Part shown: positions 23,247-30,811 of the stretch, in pieces
Layout: each line of letters starts with the position of its first letter
How positions within the stretch are numbered: position 1 is the stretch's first letter
From: Nitrososphaera viennensis EN76
Lineage (GTDB): Archaea > Thermoproteota > Nitrososphaeria > Nitrososphaerales > Nitrososphaeraceae
Reading direction: 5' to 3'
Assembly: GCF_000698785.1 (NCBI RefSeq)
Contig: NZ_CP007536.1
Span: 188,107 to 220,106, forward strand
Length of the DNA stretch: 32,000 nucleotides
Program-made: the position numbers and the translations under genes
Notes under the pieces: model-generated
Database searches by the model: none
What the model saw: only the letters and a program-made list of their open reading frames with translations
What the model was told of the DNA's origin: nothing

Positions 23247-23384
23247 AAAATTGAAAAACTACGATAAATAGCGAATAAATTAGCTTTTTGATAATTGCTT
23301 GCATTTCAAGATAATTCAAAATACTTGCAAGCGTTGGAAAATTTAACTAAATGCTTTTATTCAAACCTCATTGCTCTGACCTCC

Positions 23385-24893
23385 ATGAATGCAGACAGTA
23401 AAGCAAAGTCTTTACTTAGTTTCAGGCTCGGCCTGGCAAGTCTGGCTGCAGTTGTAATGGCGCTGGTGGCGGTCGGTTATACCGGCAGCGCCTTTGCATA
23501 CGCTCCAGATGACCCTGCCGTGCCATATCACTGCTGGCAGACAAACGAGGACGGCACATTTGTGATCCAGACGGGCGAAGACGGCAGCCAGAACCTGGTG
23601 CCCTGTGAGATAAACACGGGTGACCACGCGTGGATGCTGACATCTTCGGCGCTCGTGCTCATGATGACTCCTGCGGGCCTCGCAATCTTTTACGGCGGCC
23701 TTGCAAGGCAAAAGAACGCGGTAAACACGCTGCACATGGTGTTCATCACCACAGGCGTGATCGGCATACAGTTTGTTCTCTGGGGATACAGCCTTGCATT
23801 CGGCCCTGACGCAGGCGGCTATGGCTTTATCGGGACGCTTGACTGGGCAGGCCTGCAGAACGTGCTCCATGACGTTCCATCAAGCCAGTACGCGATCACC
23901 ATCCCGCACACGACATTCATGGTATTCCAGATGATGTTCGCCATCATCACGCCAGCGCTTATCGTGGCGTCAGTGGCAGAGCGCATGAAGTTCAGCGCGT
24001 TCATCATCTTCATAGTGATATGGGCAACATTCGTCTACGACTTTGCCGCCCACTGGACGTGGCAGATAGCGGTACCGGACAACTATGGCATGAACCCTGG
24101 CTACTGTGGCTTTGGCTGGACGGGATGCCTTGGCTCGCTTGACTTTGCAGGCGGAACTGTCATCCACATCACGTCAGGCTGGTCCGGCCTTGTCATTGCC
24201 CTCATGCTCGGACGCAGGCTGGGCTATGGCAAGGTCCCGATGGAGCCGCACAACATCTCACTTGTGGTGCTCGGTGCAGCCCTGCTCTGGGTAGGCTGGT
24301 TCGGCTTTAACGCAGGTTCTGCTGGCGCGGCAGCAACAAACGCCGGCAGCGCGTTCGTAGCAACGCAGATTGCAACAGGCATGGCCGCAGTTACATGGGC
24401 GCTCATATCGTGGGCCCACACTGGAAGGCCGTCAACAATCGGCGCGGCATCCGGTGCAGTGGCAGGCCTCGTGGCCATCACGCCGGCATCCGGCTTTGTG
24501 TCGCCCATGTCTGCGATAATCATAGGCATAATTGCCTCGATTGTGTGCTACGCGGCAGTCGCGTTCAAGAACAAGCGCAAGTGGGACGATGCCCTTGACA
24601 CATGGGGCGTGCACGGAGTCGGCGGTCTTGCAGGCGCAATCCTGACTGGCATCTTTGCGGAAAAGAGGTTCACATCGTGGGGAGACAATGGCCTTGCATT
24701 TGGCAACCCTGCCCAGCTCTACGAAAACGCGGTCGGCGCGTTTGCCGCACTCGCATGGGCTATGGGCCTGACGGCTGTCATAATCAAGATCATGGACGTG
24801 GTCTGGCCCGGTGGAATCCGCGTGACGCCAAAGGAAGAGGAAGTCGGCCTCGACCTTGCGCAGCACGGCGAGAGGGCGTACGTGACAGAATAG
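23385..24893 (+). CDS. amt: ammonium transporter (Amt family)
   Basis: The start at ATG 23385 gives a signal peptide (LASLAAVVMALVAVGYTGSAFA). Amt blocks follow: DHAWMLTSSALVLMMTPAGLAIFYGGL, DFAGGTVIHITSGWSGL, LLWVGWFGFNAGS and DTWGVHGVGGLAGAILTGIFA. The track ORF begins earlier, at a TTG at 23295. Confidence 0.9.
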   Translation: MNADSKAKSLLSFRLGLASLAAVVMALVAVGYTGSAFAYAPDDPAVPYHCWQTNEDGTFVIQTGEDGSQNLVPCEINTGDHAWMLTSSALVLMMTPAGLAIFYGGLARQKNAVNTLHMVFITTGVIGIQFVLWGYSLAFGPDAGGYGFIGTLDWAGLQNVLHDVPSSQYAITIPHTTFMVFQMMFAIITPALIVASVAERMKFSAFIIFIVIWATFVYDFAAHWTWQIAVPDNYGMNPGYCGFGWTGCLGSLDFAGGTVIHITSGWSGLVIALMLGRRLGYGKVPMEPHNISLVVLGAALLWVGWFGFNAGSAGAAATNAGSAFVATQIATGMAAVTWALISWAHTGRPSTIGAASGAVAGLVAITPASGFVSPMSAIIIGIIASIVCYAAVAFKNKRKWDDALDTWGVHGVGGLAGAILTGIFAEKRFTSWGDNGLAFGNPAQLYENAVGAFAALAWAMGLTAVIIKIMDVVWPGGIRVTPKEEEVGLDLAQHGERAYVTE

Positions 24894-24906
24894 GAGGCAA
24901 CAACCC

Positions 24907-24941
24907 GGAGGCTTTGTGCCTCCACCCACTTTTTCCTTTTT
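24907..24941 (+). terminator. hairpin + T-tracts after amt
   Basis: GGAGGC-TTTGT-GCCTCC (24907-24923) is followed by ACCCACTTTTTCCTTTTT. An outer pairing of GGAGGCA (24893-24899) with TGCCTCC (24917-24923) is also possible. Confidence 0.45.
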
Positions 24942-25016
24942 CCAATCACAACTCTGGTTAACATTCGTTAACAAATCTTATATCCATGCTCGCATGACGC
25001 TTGCTTGAGACATATC

Positions 25017-25202
25017 ATGAGTTCTCGCGGCAACTTTACAAAGGGCCAGACGTGGGGGGCCCTGAAAAAGGCATGGAGGGGATACAAGATAGCCAAGGTG
25101 CAGGGAGACAGCGCCAAGATGAAAGAGTACGCGACCAAGATACGCACCCTGCAGGGCGAGCTTGGAGTAAAGCAGGCATCGTTTCCGGAACTTGGGATAT
25201 AG
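25017..25202 (+). CDS. small basic hypothetical protein
   Basis: 61 aa, MSSRGNFTKGQTWGALKKAWRGYKIAKVQGDSAKMKEYATKIRTLQGELGVKQASFPELGI. It is helical and Lys-rich, and it is the only sensible ORF in this gap. Confidence 0.45.
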   Translation: MSSRGNFTKGQTWGALKKAWRGYKIAKVQGDSAKMKEYATKIRTLQGELGVKQASFPELGI

Positions 25203-25205
25203 TAG

Positions 25206-26372
25206 CTATTCGTAGACGGCGACTGCCCTTGTGCCCAGCTTCACAAGCATGGGCCCTACAAAAGTGGTGAGCGCGACTACCATGCCCACTATGGGGAACA
25301 GGAACGGGCTTACCACGCCAAGATCCTGGCCAGTCTTGAGCACGATGAACGAAAACTCGCCCAGCTGCGCCATGCTCAGGCCGATGCCTATTGCAAACGT
25401 CTTTTCAAAGCCAAACACCCTGACGCCGGCATAGACAGCGCCCATCTTGCCAAGCACCGTGACTGCGGTAATTATTGCAACGGGCACCCAGAAAAGCGAG
25501 ATCATCGACAAGTCCATTAGCGCGCCAATCGTCACGAAAAATATCGCGGTAAATATCTCCCGGGTGGGAGTAATGAGGTTTGACACCTGCTCTGAAAACC
25601 TTGTGCCGGCGATGATGACGCCGGCAAGGAACGCGCCCGTGGCGGCAGAAAAGCCAAGTTCGTGCGAGAGAAACGCAAACCCAAAGGCGGTGCCAAGGGC
25701 AAACATGACCGTTACCTCGTAGCGCTCCAGCTTTGCAATTAGCGCAAAGATCTTGGGCATGAGGATGACGCCGGCGGCAATAGTTCCTCCGATGAAGAGC
25801 CCTATCTGGCCGATTGTCACAAGGATCTGCACAAAGTCAAACGAGCCGCTGGCCACGCCGGCGTGCATGGCGCTTATCATGACGACTGCGACCAGGTCCT
25901 CTATGACGAGGACGCCTATCATGAGTATCGAAGATGTCGCCTCCATCTTGCCCATGTCTTCGAGCACCTTGACGATTATCGCGGTGGAGCTGATGGAAAG
26001 GGCTGCTGCAAGAAACATCGAGTCGTAGAACGACCACCCAAAGCCCGCGCCCACAGCAAAACCGATTCCAAGCATGGCAAGCACTTCAATGACTGCGATG
26101 CCTGTCCCTATCTTGCCTATTGCGCGAAGCTGCCTGAGCGGGAACGAGAGGCCGACGCCAAAGAGGAGGAGCACGATGGCGATGTCAGTGAAGCTGTTGA
26201 GCATCTCTGTGTTCTGGATGAGCTTGAACGGCCCAAAAGGGCCGATGAGGATGCCGGCGACAAGAAAGCCGAGGATCATCGGCTGCTTGAATATGTAGGC
26301 CAGCGCGCCGATGCCGGAGCACAACAAAAGCAGATACCCCAGGTCTCCTACGAGCTCTATACCTACTGCCAA
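25206..26372 (-). CDS. cation:proton antiporter (CPA2/Kef-type membrane domain, no KTN domain)
   Basis: 388 aa and polytopic. It contains FKQPMILGFLVAGILIGPFG, VLLLFGVGLSFPL and SHELGFSAATGAFLAGVIIAG, typical Na_H_Exchanger family blocks. Confidence 0.85.
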   Translation of the reverse strand: MAVGIELVGDLGYLLLLCSGIGALAYIFKQPMILGFLVAGILIGPFGPFKLIQNTEMLNSFTDIAIVLLLFGVGLSFPLRQLRAIGKIGTGIAVIEVLAMLGIGFAVGAGFGWSFYDSMFLAAALSISSTAIIVKVLEDMGKMEATSSILMIGVLVIEDLVAVVMISAMHAGVASGSFDFVQILVTIGQIGLFIGGTIAAGVILMPKIFALIAKLERYEVTVMFALGTAFGFAFLSHELGFSAATGAFLAGVIIAGTRFSEQVSNLITPTREIFTAIFFVTIGALMDLSMISLFWVPVAIITAVTVLGKMGAVYAGVRVFGFEKTFAIGIGLSMAQLGEFSFIVLKTGQDLGVVSPFLFPIVGMVVALTTFVGPMLVKLGTRAVAVYE

Positions 26373-26455
26373 TGCTTTTTTCTACCAAGAAAAATCATGA
26401 AATTGCTTTATAACGGCAAGTCAACAATACTTTTCAAACAACAATCATTTTTTTG

Positions 26456-26686
26456 ATGCATAAATTGTGCACTAGGATTAAATACTTCCTGCTCTTTGAC
26501 GGTAAATGCTTGGAGCCCAAAGAGAGGGAAGCAGAGATAATAAGCGAGATCCTGCTCAAGGCAGCCAGCGAGCCCGAATTCCGAAACAGCCTGATACGCG
26601 ACCCTGCGGCCGTGCTTGAAATGTACAACGTTTCGCCGCAGGCCAAGATGGTCATAAAGAGGACCATAATCGACCTGACGCAATAG
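26456..26686 (+). CDS. small NHLP-clan-like protein (nitrile-hydratase-leader-like fold), tentative
   Basis: REAEIISEILLKAASEPEFRNSLIRDPAAVLEMYNV matches the pattern E-x-x-I-I-x-K-A-x-x-D/E-P-x-F-R/K-x-x-L-x-x-D-P-x-A-x-L of NHLP/Os_1348-type proteins. The ATG at 26456 follows the TTG that opens the ORF. Confidence 0.4.
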   Translation: MHKLCTRIKYFLLFDGKCLEPKEREAEIISEILLKAASEPEFRNSLIRDPAAVLEMYNVSPQAKMVIKRTIIDLTQ

Positions 26687-26698
26687 AGAGTATCTGTA

Positions 26699-27571
26699 CT
26701 ACCACTTTCTGCCCGCGTCCTGCCTCATGTGGTAGTAGAGGAACTGCTGTGCATAGCCCGCGTACCTGCCAAAGTACCTGCGCGCGGCTTCCGATACTTC
26801 GATATATTGGCGTCCGGTCAGCTTCTTTTCGCTCATTTTCTTACCGGCAAGCCAGCCGTAGTGGCTTGCAAGTGCGCGCGCTATCCAGACGTCTATTGGA
26901 AAGGCGTCCAGCTTGTCCAGCGAAAAGAGCAGTATGCAGTCTGCTATTTTGGGGCCGATTCCGTGCACCTTTAGCAGTTCGGCCCTGGCCTCGCCGTAAT
27001 CTGCTTTTTTAAGGTAATCAAGATCAAGCGAGCCGTCTGCCATCGCCCCTGCCGCCGCTTTTATCGCCTTTGCCCTGTAGCCCAGGCCGCAGGCGCGAAG
27101 CTCGCTTTCAGAAGTTTTGTGAAGCGCCTGCACCGAAGGAAAAGTGTGAAACTCTTTGCCGTCGGCGACTACCTTCTGGCCGTACTTTCTTGACAGCGCG
27201 CCAAGCATCCTCCGTATCATGGGTATGTTGGTGTTGCTTGCGCACGCAAACGAGATGATGCACTGCACAGGGTCCTGCCTCATGAGCCTGAGCCCCGGAT
27301 AAGATGCAACCAGTTTTTGCACGAGCGGGTCCCTGGCAATCTCTGCAAATATAGCGTCGGTGTCGTCGTCAAGCCGGAACATGCTGCGCTCCACGTCTTT
27401 TTCTTCCGGAAACGACTCGAAGACGAGCACGCCATCCTGGTTTGAAAACTTTACCACCTTGTCTGCGTGTATGCCGTACCATGCCTGCCCCGACTTTTCC
27501 CAGAGAAAGACCTGGCCGCTGTTGACGCTTGTCTCCGGGTCAAAACGCGTAAGGAGCGGCGGCTGCCTCAA
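26699..27571 (-). CDS. ogg: 8-oxoguanine DNA glycosylase/AP lyase (Ogg1-type, OGG_N + HhH-GPD)
   Basis: Contains GQVFLWEK...WYG (OGG_N), CIISFACASNTNI, LRACGLGYRAKAI and the HhH-GPD core LLKVHGIGPKIADCILLFSLDKLDAFPIDVWI. The catalytic Lys and Asp positions are present. Confidence 0.85.
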   Translation of the reverse strand: MRQPPLLTRFDPETSVNSGQVFLWEKSGQAWYGIHADKVVKFSNQDGVLVFESFPEEKDVERSMFRLDDDTDAIFAEIARDPLVQKLVASYPGLRLMRQDPVQCIISFACASNTNIPMIRRMLGALSRKYGQKVVADGKEFHTFPSVQALHKTSESELRACGLGYRAKAIKAAAGAMADGSLDLDYLKKADYGEARAELLKVHGIGPKIADCILLFSLDKLDAFPIDVWIARALASHYGWLAGKKMSEKKLTGRQYIEVSEAARRYFGRYAGYAQQFLYYHMRQDAGRKW

Positions 27572-27866
27572 CCTGTGCTGCTTCTTGAGGCTTGGCTTAT
27601 TGAACTTTTTTTCTGCGCCGCGATGCCGGGAAGTTTACTGCCATGGTGAAGTAATAGAAAACGCATCGATCGTGTCTTTAAAGAGCTCTTTACATTTAGT
27701 ATGGGTATAAATTTTTTATGATAATTATGTAAAATAGATATTTTATGTTAAAAAGATATTTCTAGTATAATAAACTAATTTCAAAATATATGAAACTGGG
27801 CATTAAGATAAAAATTCACACCGAGTTAGGGAATGGGAAACCAGACATTGCAGAAGAGGATTTCGT

Positions 27867-28244
27867 ATGCTTGCCGATACTCTTTTGAAAGAAATAATGG
27901 ACGCAAACGAGCACGTAGTTGCAGCTCTTTTCATTGAAGACGGGCAGTTGACGATATGGCGTGGAAGAGACGACGTGGCATTGCCTCCAGAAAATAAGGT
28001 AAAAGACCTGCTCTTTCAAAGATTACTGATCAACGCATTACTCAGCGCCAAGAAAGAATACACGGGAAAACTTCATTTCGACCTGACTCGGTACGACCTG
28101 ATTGACATGGTGCATTTTGGGTGGGTCAGGGCAGAAAAAGAAGTTATCCTGTTGATCATAATGTTGAAATCAACGAATGTTCTTGCGGAAATCGAGAAAT
28201 TTCAGACCTTGATCAGCCAATGGAAATCTCTTTCTGACGTCTAA
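27867..28244 (+). CDS. hypothetical protein, Roadblock/LC7-like (tentative)
   Basis: 125 aa, LLKEIMDANEHVVAALFIEDGQLTIW...VILLIIMLKSTNVLAEIEKFQTLI. This resembles the alpha-beta-alpha Roadblock pattern. It is a clean ORF within an AT-rich island. Confidence 0.45.
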   Translation: MLADTLLKEIMDANEHVVAALFIEDGQLTIWRGRDDVALPPENKVKDLLFQRLLINALLSAKKEYTGKLHFDLTRYDLIDMVHFGWVRAEKEVILLIIMLKSTNVLAEIEKFQTLISQWKSLSDV

Positions 28245-28503
28245 AAAGTGAAATAAATATCATATACGAGCTATTTGTCGAAAAGTGAAAAAGCCAACAT
28301 TGCCCCTCAGGACAAACCAATCTGTAGGATAGCACTACCAAGTAGTTCTCTCTTTCACGTTTTATTTCTAAAAAGCGCCGCGTGCGAGCTATTTCTGTAA
28401 GTAATCGTGTTACTATCTCCGTTGATGTAAAACGTGGGCTGTTTTGGTCAGCTGAATGGAAAGGCTAACGTTAAATAAATGACCCGACCCCCAATGCCTG
28501 CAC

Positions 28504-28818
28504 ATGAGCAGTAGTAGCAGCAACGACAACCCGACCGATCCCATCGAGGCTTTCAAGAAGGCGCTGGAGAAGGGTGGTGAGGCCCAGAAGGACTTTGCCC
28601 GCCAGTTTTCCGCGATGCAGGCAGACGCCATGCAGAACTACCTTGCCATGCTGCGCGGCCTGAGCTTTTACAACGCCATGTTCAAGACCACGGTCCAGAG
28701 CGGGGGCAGGATTTCCATACCGGAAGCCGAGAGGCAGGCGCTTGACATCGACGACGGCGACTTGGTGCAGGTGATAGTGATCCCCATAGAGCGCCGGAGA
28801 AAAAAGGCCGACGGCTAG
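28504..28818 (+). CDS. AbrB/SpoVT-type DNA-binding protein with helical N-extension
   Basis: The C-terminus GGRISIPEAERQALDIDDGDLVQVIVIP is a swapped-hairpin AbrB/MazE-type motif. The N-terminal 60 aa are helical (IEAFKKALEKGGEAQKDFARQFSAMQADAMQNYLAML). Confidence 0.65.
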   Translation: MSSSSSNDNPTDPIEAFKKALEKGGEAQKDFARQFSAMQADAMQNYLAMLRGLSFYNAMFKTTVQSGGRISIPEAERQALDIDDGDLVQVIVIPIERRRKKADG

Positions 28819-28827
28819 TAGCAGCAG

Positions 28828-29655
28828 CTAGGGGACAAGCTCTTCCTTTCCCGCAAGGAACTTTAGCACTATTCTGTTAAAAGTCTTCGGCTTTTCGATG
28901 TAGGGTGTGTGCCCGCAGTCCTTTATCACGACAAGCTCGTTGTTTGGCACTTCCCGGAACTCTTTGGCGTACTGGACAGGGATCATCCTGTCCTCGTCGC
29001 CCCATATCACCAGGGTCGGCGCGATTACCGACGACAGCCTGCCCCTGAGCGGCGGAGAGTACCTCATGCCAAGGAGCGTCGACATGAACGCGTATTTCGC
29101 GTTTGGCAGGTTCATCCTCCTGACGAAATCTGTCACCGTCCCTTCATCGACTATGGACGGGTCGTGCGCCATGTCGCGGAACGCCTTCAGGGCGTTTTCG
29201 TACGTGGGGTAGAGCGCGGCCATTATGTACTGGTCAAGGATTGGAGTCGACGTGCGCATGACGCCCGCCGGCGAGGCAAGCGCCAACTTGTCAATCTTGC
29301 GCCTGTTGCGGATAGCGTACTCTGCGGCCAGGTGGCCGCCAAAGGACGAGCCGACGATGTGAGGCTTTTCGATGCCGAGGTTCTGGAGAAACTTGTCGAA
29401 AAAATCGGTGAAAAAGTCCATGGTGTATTCCACCGTGGGCTTGTCGCTGTACCCAAAGCCGACAATGTCCGGCACTATCACTCGGAAATATTTTGACAGA
29501 GTGGGCGCCACGAGCAGCCAGCGCTCCAGCGAGGCGCCTAGGCCGTGCAGGAGGACGAGGTCCTTGGCGCCCTTGGCTGGAGATCCGTAGTCGAGGTACC
29601 TTGTGGCAAGCCCGTTGACCTTTGTCATCCGCTGCGGCATAGCTTGTTCCTGCAA
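28828..29655 (-). CDS. alpha/beta-fold hydrolase (MhpC/BphD-like)
   Basis: Contains DLVLLHGLGAS, VIVPDIVGFGYSDKP, the nucleophile elbow HIVGSSFGGHLA, VIWGDEDRMIP and DCGHTPYIEKP. Confidence 0.85.
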   Translation of the reverse strand: MQEQAMPQRMTKVNGLATRYLDYGSPAKGAKDLVLLHGLGASLERWLLVAPTLSKYFRVIVPDIVGFGYSDKPTVEYTMDFFTDFFDKFLQNLGIEKPHIVGSSFGGHLAAEYAIRNRRKIDKLALASPAGVMRTSTPILDQYIMAALYPTYENALKAFRDMAHDPSIVDEGTVTDFVRRMNLPNAKYAFMSTLLGMRYSPPLRGRLSSVIAPTLVIWGDEDRMIPVQYAKEFREVPNNELVVIKDCGHTPYIEKPKTFNRIVLKFLAGKEELVP

Positions 29656-29843
29656 CAGATTTTATCTATAATTCTACCGCCAGTCCGTTAATATAGTTAT
29701 ACGGTCAAAAACGGCGCAAAAGTGGCCGGGCGGTTTTTCTACCGTCGTACTCATCACCTTTGCCTGCAAAATCATTTACCCGTCGCACTGCGCACTGTCA
29801 GTCAGTACAACACTCTTTTAAAAGATAATTCCGTAGGTCTTTT

Positions 29844-30152
29844 ATGAAAAACAGGAGCAGGATGGACATCGCTTCAGCCATGCTTGAGATAGCGCAGGGC
29901 GGGGCAATAAAGACCCGGATAATGTACAGCGCCTTTATTTCATTCCCGCAACTGAAGGAATACCTGGAGATCCTGGTGGACAGGGGCATGCTGGAATACG
30001 CCCCGAAGGAAGGGGTGTATCGCACCACGGAGAGCGGCAGGCGGTTTTTAAAGACGTACAAAGAAGTGGGACAGACGTTATACCCCAAAGAGAGCAAGAT
30101 AACAAAGATAACTGCCACTACAACTACGACTACTGCCGCCGGCCTGCACTGA
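29844..30152 (+). CDS. winged helix-turn-helix protein (archaeal HTH_45-like)
   Basis: RSRMDIASAMLEIAQGGAIKTRIMYSAFISFPQLKEYLEILVDRGMLEY...YRTTESGRRFLKTY, followed by a poly-Thr tail (TATTTTTTAAGLH). Confidence 0.7.
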   Translation: MKNRSRMDIASAMLEIAQGGAIKTRIMYSAFISFPQLKEYLEILVDRGMLEYAPKEGVYRTTESGRRFLKTYKEVGQTLYPKESKITKITATTTTTTAAGLH

Positions 30153-30154
30153 CT

Positions 30155-30340
30155 CTAGACTTTGTGTTGCTGGGAAGAATATTCCTTTAGGAACGCTTCC
30201 TTGATGCAGTTTGCCAGATTGCGGAGCTCGGTGTTATCGTTGAACTCGTTGAGCCGTATTGAGGAAAAGCCAAGCGATTCAAGGTCTCCCAGCAGGTAGG
30301 ATTGCTCGTACGTCTCATCCTGAGAGTGAATCTCGGACAC
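30155..30340 (-). CDS. hypothetical small acidic protein (GTG start)
   Basis: 61-aa ORF. The GTG is the first possible start after an in-frame TAA. TATATA (30363-30368) ends 22 nt upstream of the GTG, consistent with a leaderless transcript. Confidence 0.35.
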   Translation of the reverse strand: MSEIHSQDETYEQSYLLGDLESLGFSSIRLNEFNDNTELRNLANCIKEAFLKEYSSQQHKV

Positions 30341-30360
30341 AGGTTATTCAACGCCTAACT

Positions 30361-30416
30361 CGTATATACGTGTGTGCGTGCATGTGCATGCGTGCATATG
30401 ATGCATGTGTACGCGC
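30361..30416. repeat. alternating pyrimidine-purine tract (potential Z-DNA former) rich in TGCATG/GTGC units
   Basis: 30361-30400, CGTATATACGTGTGTGCGTGCATGTGCATGCGTGCATATG, is 40 nt of unbroken Y-R alternation. After a one-base phase slip, 30402-30416 (TGCATGTGTACGCGC) continues for a further 15 nt. Confidence 0.85.
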
Positions 30417-30463
30417 TGGCTGGTAGGGCTCTACCCTCTATACTCACAAAAAACTTGAGTCGT

Positions 30464-30712
30464 TCAACTATGCGAGAGGCTATTATTATTGGAGCGGTGC
30501 ACAGCTCTTGCTGCTGCATAGCGCGCGTATTTCTGCATAAAATACCTGCCGTTTTTGCGAACAATGTCGCGGTAGAGGTCCGGCTGCGCTGTAAACGCCG
30601 GCGTGTCTGCCTGGTAGTGGCCGCAGCGCCAGCATATCCACTCTGTCCAGCGGCCGTCGCGGTACTCGTATACCGAGTTTCTGCACGTCGGGCAGGCAAG
30701 CGACATCGACAT
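30464..30712 (-). CDS. small zinc-ribbon protein
   Basis: 82 aa, MSMSLACPTCRNSVYEYRDGRWTEWICWRCGHY..., with a CxxC-x17-CxxC motif. It is more protein-like than the overlapping ORFs 30355..30747(-) and 30374..30760(+). Confidence 0.5.
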   Translation of the reverse strand: MSMSLACPTCRNSVYEYRDGRWTEWICWRCGHYQADTPAFTAQPDLYRDIVRKNGRYFMQKYARYAAARAVHRSNNNSLSHS

Positions 30713-30811
30713 TCATCGCAGGATTGCTTTTCTACTTCGCTGCTCAACGATTTTAGATAAACCGCTAGAATTAGTTAGTTTAAATCCTCGTTTCGGTGCC
30801 GGGTACCTGTC

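Noticed and set aside
23295-23384. TTG-initiated 30-codon extension of the amt ORF
   Set aside because: The extension lies in AT-rich promoter-like DNA and precedes an ATG that yields a canonical signal peptide.
27690-27815. Extremely AT-rich stretch considered as a replication origin
   Set aside because: There is no adjacent orc1/cdc6 gene and no recognisable ORB-type long inverted repeats. Only short AGATATTT/TTTTATG reiterations are present, so this is more simply an archaeal promoter or island boundary.
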